The position numbers and the translations under genes were made by a program. A stretch of 64,000 nt of DNA from Bugula neritina (taxonomy: Eukaryota; Animalia; Bryozoa), in the NCBI GenBank assembly GCA_964035545.1, contig OZ037767.1, positions 15,256,998 through 15,320,997 on the forward strand. The letters are read 5' to 3'. Shown one piece after another: positions 12,717 through 24,231 of this stretch (positions are counted from its first letter, which is position 1; each line of letters starts with the position of its first letter). The notes below the pieces were generated by a model. The model was given only the letters and a program-made list of their open reading frames with translations, was not told the DNA's origin and did no database searches.

Positions 12717-12799
12717 GTGCAGTTGGTTCTATTATTAGATTAGCATATCGATTATGACTTTTCGATTGCCACCCTGATACTATGAGTAAAATGTACAAG

Positions 12800-13814
12800 C
12801 ATACGTGAAAGTATAGATATGATCATAAGTATAAAAATAGGTATAAGTATAAATATAAATATAGGTACAAGTATAAAACGAATGATTATATTATTAATAA
12901 TATTAGTCAGTGATACCTATAACCGTAATGGTTTTTAGACTTACAGTTATCATTAACATTAGCTGAGTAATATGATTAGTTAAAATAATGGTATTCATTA
13001 TTATATCATAGTTATAAGTTATAACTCTAGTCTCTAAAGAGCAACAGCAAGTGTAATTGGGATATCCATATTAAATTTCATATTCACATAGTGAAATGTT
13101 TATGTTATGAACTAATTTATTTCTTTAACATTTAACTATAAATATGATTAACACTAACTTTGACCAGCAGTATTACTAAAAGAAGCGTATTACAAATATA
13201 AGATAATAAAATTCTAGTAGTAGGACTAATAGTATTACTAGGTCCAGTATTATTCTTGTTATCTTATTCATCATTCATGAGTTATCAAATTTAAAATTAT
13301 TACTTATTAGCATCAGCATATAAAAAGTAAGATCATTAGGAATAATTATCATGAGGTATGATCTATGATTTGCATTATCCATATATAGTTTAATATCAAT
13401 ATGATATATTTTTATTGCTGATAGTCTATGTTATAGTTAAATTTATACTTATCTTTACAGTTACCTATAGTAGCACTTATTAGTTATTTGTGGTAGCCAA
13501 ACTAATGTTTAATATTAATAAATTAAACTGAGTATCATAAAAGTGTTACTAAGAATTTCAATTATAATCGTAATGGTGATCATATTACTTTATTATAATT
13601 ATTATATTTTATCATTAATGCTAAACTGAGTTAATGTATATACTTTGAGTTTTACTATTACTCATTATATTTACACTTATAGTAAAACTAAATATGTAAA
13701 AGTTATACTTATACTATTATTATTCGTATTTCATTAGACTTACATCTAAGATCGCAGTCCTATTACTACTACCACTGATACTAGTACTACAACTAGTACT
13801 AGTACTGCTACTAG

Positions 13815-13846
<32 letters not shown>

Positions 13847-16800
13847 ATAGTACTGTTACTACTACTACTACTAGTACTACTACTAGGTCTACTACTGTAC
13901 CAGTACAACTACAAACTTTGAAAATAACTGCAAGAAAGGTATGACTTAGTCTTTTTCTTAGTCTTACTGTGACTCTCAGTCGTAATGTAAAATAAAATTG
14001 TGAACTGTAAAGTTAAACCCAAGGCTGAAATTTATTTAATTAAATTTAGACAATCTGAATCATTGGCTCAATCCTTGAGTTTGACTATTACTATTATTAT
14101 TAGTGTTACGATTGTGATTATCATTGGCATTATGCCATTATGATTATCATTATGATTGTAATTGTGGTAATTCTAACATTAATTATAATCATAAATTAAA
14201 AGGTAATGATTAATGATAATTATTTTCATTTTGTAATCATAATGATAATCATAATGATGTAAATTTTGATGTAAAACCAAAATACTAAAACTAAAAGTAA
14301 AAGTTATAAAATTAAATGATAAAATATTATAATGATAATTATTATATTTATTATATTATTATTGAATATATTATTTCATTAGAAAATAGGTTGCAGCTTA
14401 GCATGATTAAAATTCAGTAAAAATTAGTTTACCAACAGCAAACATGCATGCGTCTTGTCAACATTCAATTCGTAGTGTCATAGCGAAGCCAGATTACTGG
14501 TAGTACGACTACTAGAACTACTACTACTACTAGTGATGGATTACAGATCCTTGGCGATTTTAGCTGTGAGTGACCTTCACCTCACATTCTCGTCATGTGC
14601 GCGGCATTAGACTAAGTAGAGGGTATGAAGCACTGAGCTGGAAAAGAAAGAATATATTTTAATTATAGGTAATACTAATAGTAATATAATTTATGGTAAT
14701 ATATAGGTAATATTGAGTTCATTGGTATGGAGTATAGACCTATCACTGATAGTATCAGTATCAACTACCACTTACGTACTACTTCAACTTATAACTTACC
14801 TTCAACTCAAACTCAAACTGAAACTGCTTGGAATCATTTGTCTTTGATCATATTGGCATTGTCATTGTGATTGTAATAACTATTAATATTTTTAGTTCAA
14901 CATCAATGCCGAACATATTGTAATAACTAATAAGATAATCATAAGGTTAATATATTTTGCTAATACTAATACTAATACTAATAGTTATAGTAATAGTTAT
15001 AGTAATTCAGTGTCACTCTGACTCTCACTCTGGTGGAGTGAGACTCAGACTTAGAGTTAGAGACAGAGTGAGTCCGAGTAAGTCTGAGTGTTGGTAATAG
15101 TAATAGTCATATCAATTTAAATTATATTTACTTATTTCTAGCAATCACAATGGCAATAGTTATAGTAACTTTCACTTACTCTTAAATCATTGAACCTGAA
15201 CTAAAAGTAAAATTAAGCATTATGATTATCATTATGATTATACCTATGATTTTATTATGTTTAAATTAAAAATCAATATTATGATAATATCATAGTGATA
15301 GACATATTATTGATAAATGATAATATGAAAGTAATTTGATAAATTATACATTGATTTTGAATTAAGGTGATACTGATACTAGACCGGTACTGAAAGTGAT
15401 AGTAATACTAATAGTAATAGTAATAGTCATATAAATTTAAGTTATATTTACTCATTACCGGCAATCACAATGGCAATAGTAACTTAAACTGTAACAGTAA
15501 TGGTATGGGTATGTTTGAAATTGTCACTATCAGTATTGCTATGAATCAAAATATAATGCTATCATACCAATAATTTAAAATAATATTACAAAGCTTCAGT
15601 AGCAACTTTTACTTGTACCAGTTTGGAATTTTGACTTATACATATTCTTAGTTAAAGTCTTCAAGTTTATTGTCAAAATGAACTTGAAATTAAAGACTTA
15701 GTAGTAAAAATTAAACTAAGACTGACTGTAAGTGACTAAGATTAAAAATAAGTAATTTTAAATATCGATTTAGTATTTTTCTTACTCTTTGTCTTAAAAT
15801 TGACTTTTATTTTGCACCTACTCCTGGTCAATGATTCTTTTTTCTATTTATATTACTATTGCTATTAGTATAATTGACTTAAATTTAATAATAGATATGA
15901 TTATATCTTTATAAATGTGATATTTGATTTTATGAATAGTAATTCGAAAACTTTTTGGTATTATTTATTTTTGATCATTGTAGTTATTATCATTATATTT
16001 GTATAATAATTATGATTATCAAATTCAATATCGATATTTGTATTATGGTATGGATATCTGCCTCCATCCCATGTTCTGTTTTGCAGTGCCTTTTTACATT
16101 CACGTCTAGGTTCACATTGCGATGGTCATACTGATAGCACTTGGGGACAGTGATGAGCATAATGATTATCACTAATATTAGGATTATCGTTATTAGGATT
16201 TAGAATAATTTAATAAACAAGCAACTTAAAACAAATGTTTTTACTAATATACATATTAATTACTAATATAAATATACTACTATGAATATTATAATTATTA
16301 TACTTTACAATTCAAAGTAAGATAATCATAATACGAACTGGTAAAACTAAATATAAAGTAAATGTAATAATACTAATAGTAGTTATCCATTCCCCTTTGG
16401 TTTCACATACTAATAATTGGAAACCTCTGTCCTAATATTATTTCTATTAATATTGCTCAAAGTTTGATCCCTATTTAATTTTATAGTTCACTCACCAGCT
16501 ACATAATTTTATTAAAATACATGTGGTATTGGTTATAGTACTAGTGAAACTTGAAGTTGAATAGCATGCTTATTACTCACTGCTCTTTGCTTACATTATT
16601 AGGGTTACTCTTTAGTCTTAGAGATACCCTAACATAAACTTGAAAGCTGGAGGTAGTACTAGTCTAGTGCTGTGGTAATCCTACACTGTTGACTTATCAA
16701 CACTGTGACTATAATTATGACTCCTAAGTCAAAGTCATTTTCATATAGTAGTAATCACTACGACAGACTGAAAGTCAGGAAGACTAAATATAATGGTAAA

Positions 16801-17560
16801 GTGTGTAAGAATAAATCATACTTAATCAATTACTTTTAGTTTTGTTACCAGTGTTGGGTCAACTTTCAGAATAAAGAATAAATATAATTATAAAGATAAA
16901 TGGATAAAAATTCCAATCATGGTTTAATGTGCCTATTTTAAGCTGTTAATTTAATTACTATAATATAAGTGCTCAAAATACAACTTTTGATTTTCATAAT
17001 TGTGTTTTAATTTAATACAGATACCATAGTATCATATACAGTAGAATCAGTTGTATCTTATTTAATAATGAAGTAACTTATTGGAGCTTTCACAGTTATT
17101 AATCATTTACTTGTTAGTCTTTGAACTGGGACAATGTTTGAAACTTGAAGTAGAACAAAGTTTGATTTCAGTTACCGCAATGGTATCTGCAGTCACAATA
17201 GGAATACGCATATAACTATGTTTATATTTGTGAAAAATATATAGTCAAAACTAGATAAGGTAAAAGTAATTATAATTGGTTTCACTTTTAATATATTCCT
17301 ATAAACTGGAAAATAGACAGAAGCATTTAATCATGAAAGTAAACCTAGTGGAAGTAAATCAATTCACTAAGTATAGTAAAATATTTACTATTCAGTAAGT
17401 TTATTTACTTTAGTTAATTGTACTTGATTATTTCTGTCGGTTTTTCAGTTGATTTTTCTACCTTTTGCTATAGCATATCAAACTACCACAAAGTCATGCT
17501 TCCGTATTACAATTATAAACATAGTGTTACTGTGTAATGTTATAGTAATGTAATAGTAAT
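12800..17560. repeat. Low-complexity tract with pervasive 3/6-bp periodicity (copy 2 ~34820-39555)
   Basis: Successive patches of imperfect hexamers: TATAAG/TATAAA, ATTATG/ATTATC, ACTCAA, ACTCTG, AGTAAT, AGACTC/AGAGTT. Confidence 0.75.
13763..13910. repeat. (TAC)n / TAGTAC compound microsatellite (copy 2 ~35782-35935)
   Basis: Directly visible. It explains the spurious poly-Ser ORF at 13720-13908. Confidence 0.95.
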
Positions 17561-18460
17561 ATTTGGATCATTGTAAGTATTTCTGTTGTTGTACTGATTG
17601 ATAAATATTTTTTAGCTTGCATGGATATTTGCATCGATCAAGATGTCATTTGAACCTGGACTGGAATAAAGATGGGAAATCGAGAAGCTAGCTACAATTA
17701 TTCTGCAGAAAGAAACTTGGTAAGCAAAAATAAGCTGCAGCATTAAGCAGTAAGCAATATGACGATGAACTTTGCTTGATTTTGATTGACCTTAAAATAT
17801 CTGGTCACCTTTCACCAACGTGGTCCTGCGCGGGTGGCGGGTGACCTTAAAATGTCTGTTGCACGTAAAATAAATTTTGTGACAGTCAAAAGTATGCTGA
17901 TCTTTTTCGTATTTCAGTGCATCGGTGTCTTAGCTTAAGAGCTGAACCCAACAATTATGATCTAAAGCTGTTTTTTACTAGAAAGTGATTTTACTGTCTT
18001 TCTGATTATTCTTGGTTTTTCAGCTTGATGAATTGAATAAATGGATTTGATTTCGGGTATTATGTAATGGATGAAAGAAATTTTTCTTAAATTTGTACTG
18101 AGCAATTTTTGCTATTGCTATGATGTTTAGTGATAAAATTGCACCCTTAATAACCCTGAAAACTTTCATTACTAGCATTTGTTTATGTTCATTTTTAGGA
18201 AATTAAAATGAAGACACAACTCACCGATGCTATCTCACTGTGCCTGCATGCAGTTTATCTAAAAAGGTACTCCTATTAGCTGGCTCTTGCCCAATACCTG
18301 GTTGTCTCTGTAACTATTTTTTGCTAGCAGATGAGTTTTTTGAACTTGATATTTTATTCATTTTGAAAGTTATAGTGAGCTTTGAACTTGCTAGCATCGT
18401 TTTTAAAGACTTGCAGCAGTTTTTATCAACATTTTTTAAGTCAATGGTGTTAGTTTGGAA

Positions 18461-18767
18461 GCTCTCTCACTCCTCTCTCTGTCTCTTTCTCCCACACCTT
18501 CCACTCAATCTCTCTCTCTTTCTCCCCCTCTCTCCCACCCTCCCTCTCTCCCACCCTCCCTCTCTCCCACCCTCTGTCTCTCCCACCTTCTCTCTCTCCC
18601 ACTCTCCGTCTCTCCCACCTTCTCTCTCTCTCCTAACCTTTCTCTCTTCCCTTTTCCACTATCTCTCTGACTCTCTCCCTTTCTCTCTTCTACCCCATCT
18701 CTCTTCCATCCTCTCTCCTAACCTTTCTCTCCCACCCCCCCCCCTCTCCCACTCTCTTTCTCTCTCT
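18461..18767 (+). repeat. ~300 bp polypyrimidine (CT-rich) tract with CTCTCTCCCACC-like subunits (copy 2 ~40458-40751)
   Basis: Almost purely C/T on the plus strand. Subunit number differs between the copies. Confidence 0.95.
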
Positions 18768-21700
18768 AGTTTGCATGGCTTTACCCAATTTTGGTTTATT
18801 TTTTTATTTTGTTTCAGAGTATCCAAAAGGAAAGCTAAAATTTATTTAATATATATTATACCAACTTGAGCTTTACATATAATATCAAATAAATGCTGTG
18901 TTTTGTTAAAACAATGTTTGCAACTTGGTAGTATATTCAAATTCATAATTTATTTGTAGAGTCACACAACAAGACACTACTCTGACACACTCACAAGTTG
19001 CCACTGATCCAGCAGTATAGATGATTGTTTTCTCCACTGGCTATGCTGTCACGCTTTACTGTTGTGGTGTTTGAAACAAACCAATTGTTTGCCTACGCAG
19101 ATTAGGGTGAGAAAAAAAGTGAGAAATGAAAGCTGTTTTTAATACCAACTACACTTAGTTTTTATTGAATGAAAAACAAAGTGAAATCATTAGTTATCCG
19201 TTAAATGACTAAATCATTGTTTATAAAGATGAAACACAAATAATCTTATAATATGCTAATGAAATTTGGCTTTCAAATAGCTTTTTTCTGTATATTTGTT
19301 GAGGAAGTTTATCTTCAACAAAACTTCGTAGCTGTTGAATATGTGGAGAGTATTTTATATTGCATAAATTTATAGAGTAAAAGGTTCTCATCAAACTTTT
19401 ACAACTTAGCTCATCGACGGTTTAAAAGTGTGAGTCACCCTTCACACTAGAGTTTTATAAAGTTTTAATGAATGTGCAGTATTTTATAAAATATTGTGTG
19501 TCTCGTAAATTTAGCTATTTCTACCTTTTCAGTGAGATTGGAGTAAACACACCTCAAAATTCACATCTGGTATCACATTGATTTATCGCAAGTCAAAGTA
19601 CACCTACTAACTCTTCCTTCCTTAATACCTGCTTGCTTTTGCACTTCTACTCATTTCATATACCTAACATTTCTCTTGCAGATGAATTACATCTTTTAAG
19701 TTGTAAAAGCCTTAAATAGCATGAAATTAATGAGGTTTAAACCGTGGCCACACTAACTATTGATGCGTTTATTGATGGGTTAAATTACACGAAAATATTG
19801 TCTCTTTCTTTTTAGTTTCACCTAAAGTATTACATACTATTGATGGAGGCTTTGCTGAAGTTTTTGGGTGATGATTTGTCAATAATTTTCCAGAGAAGAT
19901 GATGCCACGGTGGCTGGCATCATTATGCAGTTTCCAAATTTCTTTCGGCTTTGCTCTAGTGAAAATGTTGGAAAACAATCAACAAAAAGGTTTGTACCAT
20001 AAACGAAGTTATTGTGTGCGTGTTGTCAAAGCATAAAGTGTGCTGGAAATTTTTGGGTTTCTGTTGAGATGCGTTTTTGCTTTTCCTGCATGAAAAAAGT
20101 TCCAGTTTCAGTTAATATCACTAGCGGAGTGCCCACCTATATTTTAAATCATATTGATGCATAAGTTCTTTTTGTAATATTAAAAGTATAACTTGCTTAA
20201 TTGCTATTCAATGCCCTTTGAAGTTTCCAACTGTAATTAATTAGTTGATTTGGCAGCATAGTATCGATGATTGATGAAGGCAGCCGATATAATTATAAGC
20301 ATAAATATCTATATCTACATGAAGATGTCATTCCCAATGATTGTTATTCTGAAATCAGCTGATTAAGTTATCACAAACTAAACATTTTGACCAGCGGCTT
20401 GCAATGCAACTCGGTGAAATTTCAGACCTAGATAAATTGAATTTCTTACTGAAAATCGTGAAGGTATTAAAGTTTAAAGTGAAAGTTTAAAGGGTCATCT
20501 CTCTGCGAATTCTAATAGCATGGTGCCAATTAGACTTGAAAAAATTTCAAGGCACTACAAAGCACTAAGCCCATTCTTACAAGTAGTTTCAAAGTGCACT
20601 GGAATTTCAGTTTACTTGTCATTGTATAGAATCCTGATCTACACTATATAGCATTCACTATTGCCTGCTTCTTCTAAGCATCTATAATGTATTAACTACA
20701 GTTTGCTTTGAGAAGTGAATTTCTACTTGGTATTTTTTCCTTATCGTTCCGTTGTTTGCCAGTAGTCTTAATTTAATGGATTTTCCCTTTTCAAAAGTGG
20801 TTGTGACAATCAAAACACATCATGCAGCCTGCAACTACACAATCAGTCAGTAATTTCTTCCATTAAAGTAGCTCTTCTGGTTACTCTTGCTCACCTAAAA
20901 GCCTGAGCCTCATTCAAATTGCAATTTTTTAGAGTTGTTAGTTTTTCATGCAGTCTTTCATTTTCTTTTGTTAGGCACAAAATTAGTATTCACTAGACCT
21001 AATCGTTCATCTGCATGTATGCCTATTGTTTGTTCATTAAAGAAAAACCTCTGCTGAATATTGAACTAATAATGAAAATAAATTCCCTAAACTAAAAGTA
21101 GCAGTGTGATTTTGGTATTACAATTAGTTGTTAGCATAGAGTCAAGTTATTGACAGGAATTTTCAAATTGAAATGAATGAATTTCATTGTAAGTCAGCAA
21201 GATTTAGTCTAAGTAAACATTGCATTACATCGTGTTTTATTTAGCATTTGCAGAAGGCAACATATATTTTAAGGATTATTGTAAACTTAAATGTAATTTT
21301 AAGTACTTTCCATGTTTGTTATTGTAGATGGTCTTGTTCTTTGGAATGGATGTGACAACTCCTTGTGTCAAACTTAACTGATTGACTACTGAATCCCAAT
21401 CATATGTTTTGCCAAAAAATGTGAAAATGGAGTGCATGTCTACTTTATTTGAGAAAATATTAAAAATACTTTTGAAACTTCATCTAGCCAAACAATACAA
21501 CAGTTTCATTTTATTAAAAAATATCATTTGCCCAAAATGTATTATGTAATCGAACAATTTCTAGAAAAAAAGTGCTTTCCTCCAGTTTTGCTAATGAATT
21601 ACATATTTCATTACATGCTTGTCTTTATAATTTTATTAATTGTTTTTTCTGGTGAGTCAATTAAAGTCAATTCAACCTAGAAAAGTCTGAATTTCAGACT

Positions 21701-22140
21701 TAATTTCAAGCTAGAATATTCACATTTTTAGGTCTGCGTTTGCAAACATTGTTGTGTTACTTTACTTTTTATATTTTTTGAAATAAATATCTTTTTAGCT
21801 TGTGCCTATTCATGGTTAGAATAGTATAATAATATTTAACTTTTCTTCAATTTTAATAGATGAAAATGTTGATCAGTTGGAGTATTCAGTTTAGCTGAAT
21901 TTTACTTGTTTCTGCCAGAACAATCTTTTGGAGTTGTCTGCCCTTTCCTTAGGTATATTTTGACCTATGGTAAACGCAATAATTATAACTTTTTAAAGAT
22001 GCTTGTGAACCTAACAATATAGCATAACTATCAAACCACATTATTTATTCAATATATGCATAAAATTTAGCCGATAATCTGCCACCCAATGAGCTCGAAA
22101 AGATATTAGAATTCTAGCTCAGTGCTGCCATCAATGTAGA

Positions 22141-22200
22141 TATTTATAATGATATAAAGCCAAAACTCATTATTTATAATGATATAAAGCCAAAACTCAT
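22141..22200. repeat. 30-bp tandem repeat x2 (x3 in copy 2 at 44123-44212)
   Basis: TATTTATAATGATATAAAGCCAAAACTCAT repeated exactly. Confidence 0.95.
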
Positions 22201-22677
22201 TTTTTCATGAAATTATCTAACCATTCCTGACAAAGAATAGAGATAATAACTCCAAAGTTGGTCAGTTGAAACCACAGCAATAATACTTTAATCTTTATAA
22301 TTGTCAGGTTTAATTTTATACCAAGCCCCAATAAGTACATATCACTATGACAACACAGCCTAAGCACCTCCAATGCAAGAAATTTAGTATTGTGGTGCTA
22401 CAAATCCTCCAGTTACAAATGAGTAGAGCTTTCATGATTATTGGTCTACCGTAATGTTTATTTAGTTTTAAGGACTAGCATAGATGCTATTATATGTGGG
22501 AGGTATTTGAAAAGCTTCCAACTCCATCTTCAACTATGGGCTATTATAAATATGCCGATAAACGAGATACTACACTCAGACTGCCCTGTTATAGTACTGT
22601 GATTGGCTACTGCAAAATTTTTGCCAATAGACAACATTTAATTATGATGTAATGTATCTCGTATTGGTACATAAGTG

Positions 22678-22923
22678 TTATGTCTGAGGACGAGATACTG
22701 TGAAATTATGCCCTGCATCTAGTAGACATTTGATGATGTCAGTATGTCCTCCGCATGCTGCCCTGTGTATTGCATCACACTCCTCACATAATAGTCTATA
22801 TCTCTCTTCTAATGATATGAAAGGAAGGCACTTCTTCAGCTCAATCAGAATATTTCCCTCTTTATCTCCACCTCTAATACTAGTGAGTATTTGAGTAAAC
22901 TTTAGCACTTCATTCTGATTCAT
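22678..22923 (-). pseudogene. Truncated duplicate of the ankyrin gene 5' end fused to the transposon terminus (81 aa)
   Basis: The first 69 codons are identical to the gene at 974. They are followed by AGHNFTVSRPQT*, read from the element's right TIR. Confidence 0.9.
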
Positions 22924-23739
22924 CTCAACTGACCTTTTAGTAAAAACTCTCCATCTTTAGCAGCTCTTCAAATAGACTAATATTAATAATAATATGCTAG
23001 ACTAGAAAACTCCACGATACACAATGACAATGTCTATCCTCAGACTATATATAATATTATTACTAAATTATAACTTATTTTTTCATTTTAAGCTCTAAAC
23101 TTTCACACGTGTATAACAGTAGTCGTTAACTTTCTGTAAATTACTAACCAGAATCTTCTCAATATGGCGTGCCTACTTGTGTAGCGCTTATCTATCAACT
23201 ATAACTATAACTAGCCTGTACAATATGCAGTTCCGTAGTACAGGGAATTCACGACGAAATAGATGGGAAATTCCATTCACTCCCATTACTCATTTTAAAT
23301 CGGCCTGTCAACAAACAATTGCGTTAGGTAACGCGTCAAAGTGGAGAATACTCATAGAAACTATTATAATTAATAGAATAAGACAACACAACTCATATTA
23401 CTCAGCCTGTAGCATTCTGTAAATAATACGGCCTGACGCATCCGATGTACTAACTACCAGGCAGTGGTTGTAGACAGTCATGCTATACAAAATTATAACA
23501 TGATTACATAAGCTGTTCATAATATTATAATATTTGGAGTAATATAAACTTTCAACTTCTTATATCTGAACTTTTGTACCATAAATGTAATTCTACATAA
23601 AATTAGGCTTAAGTGTTATAAAAATCCAATTGAAGTCAGTTATTGTCTTGACGCTAAATAAAAAGCAATAATTAATGGAAGACTTATAGAATGTTTACAG
23701 CCTTATGTTATTTGTACTATTGTGATATTTATGTTTCAG

Positions 23740-23914
23740 ACTATTATATAATATATGGTGCAAATGTTAATCGGTAATTTAATTTTGCAAATGCGAGCAA
23801 ACAAGCATGTGTAAGAGTAGTTTTCTCTCAAATCTACTCTTACACATGCTTGTTTGCTCGCATTTGCAAAATTATATTACAGATTAACATTCGCATCATA
23901 TATTATATAATAGT
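23740..23914. repeat. Second copy of the 81-bp-arm hairpin
   Basis: Identical to 1791-1965. Confidence 0.95.
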
Positions 23915-24100
23915 TTTGCGGTGGCTTATAATATGTTAGCTTCATTCAAAATATCTGGCAAAAAGTTTACCATGAGCTAAATGATATGATCTCTAATGAT
24001 CATCATAATTTTAACTCAATATATATTTATAAAATAATTGCTTCCAATAAAAAATGAAAACTTCCATATGCATAAAACACTTGCATGACATAAAAGATGA

Positions 24101-24231
24101 AATGAAATACCCGGCTAAGCTAAGCACAGACACCACGATGTTTGTGGGAGCTCTGCATGGCATGCTGAACCCGGAAGGCTTAGCCTGTGTTATGGAAGAA
24201 CTGTTTGGCCCAGTCATCTATGCCAGCATTG
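24101..24231 (+). pseudogene. CPEB1: Duplicate of the CPEB1 RRM2 exon 5' part
   Basis: Identical to 2152-2282 and ends in the TSD CAGCATTG (24224-24231). Confidence 0.9.

Larger units (their letters stand above)
2283..22715. mobile_element. Giant (~20.4 kb) non-autonomous TIR DNA transposon-like unit, copy 1 (hAT- or P-like ends)
   Basis: Starts CAGTATATATTTTCC and ends GAAATTATGCCCTG. The terminal 38 bp align 25/38 ungapped as inverted repeats. The subterminal motif AGTATCTCGT-N4-AGACATAA occurs at 2358-2379, inverted at 22678-22699, with variants at 22653-22674 and 22550-22571. Left flank CAGCATTG, right flank CATCTAGT. Confidence 0.8.
22716..24231. repeat. Direct duplicate of host segment 767-2282 (1516 bp)
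   Basis: Constant offset of 21949. Only one substitution found by eye (995 G vs 22944 A). Confidence 0.95.

Noticed and set aside
13720-13908. Poly-Ser ORF
   Set aside because: Translation of the (TAC)n microsatellite.
18240-18869. 209-aa Leu/Ser/Pro-rich ORF (and 40237-40833)
   Set aside because: Arises from the stop-free CT tract, and the frame differs between the two copies.
19700-21450. Possible transposase remnants (e.g. minus-strand QPLLKRENPL..YWQ, LTKENERLHEKL)
   Set aside because: Fragments are short and stop-ridden, and the expected following hAT motif (SxxxERxFS) is not seen. Unsupported without an HMM search.
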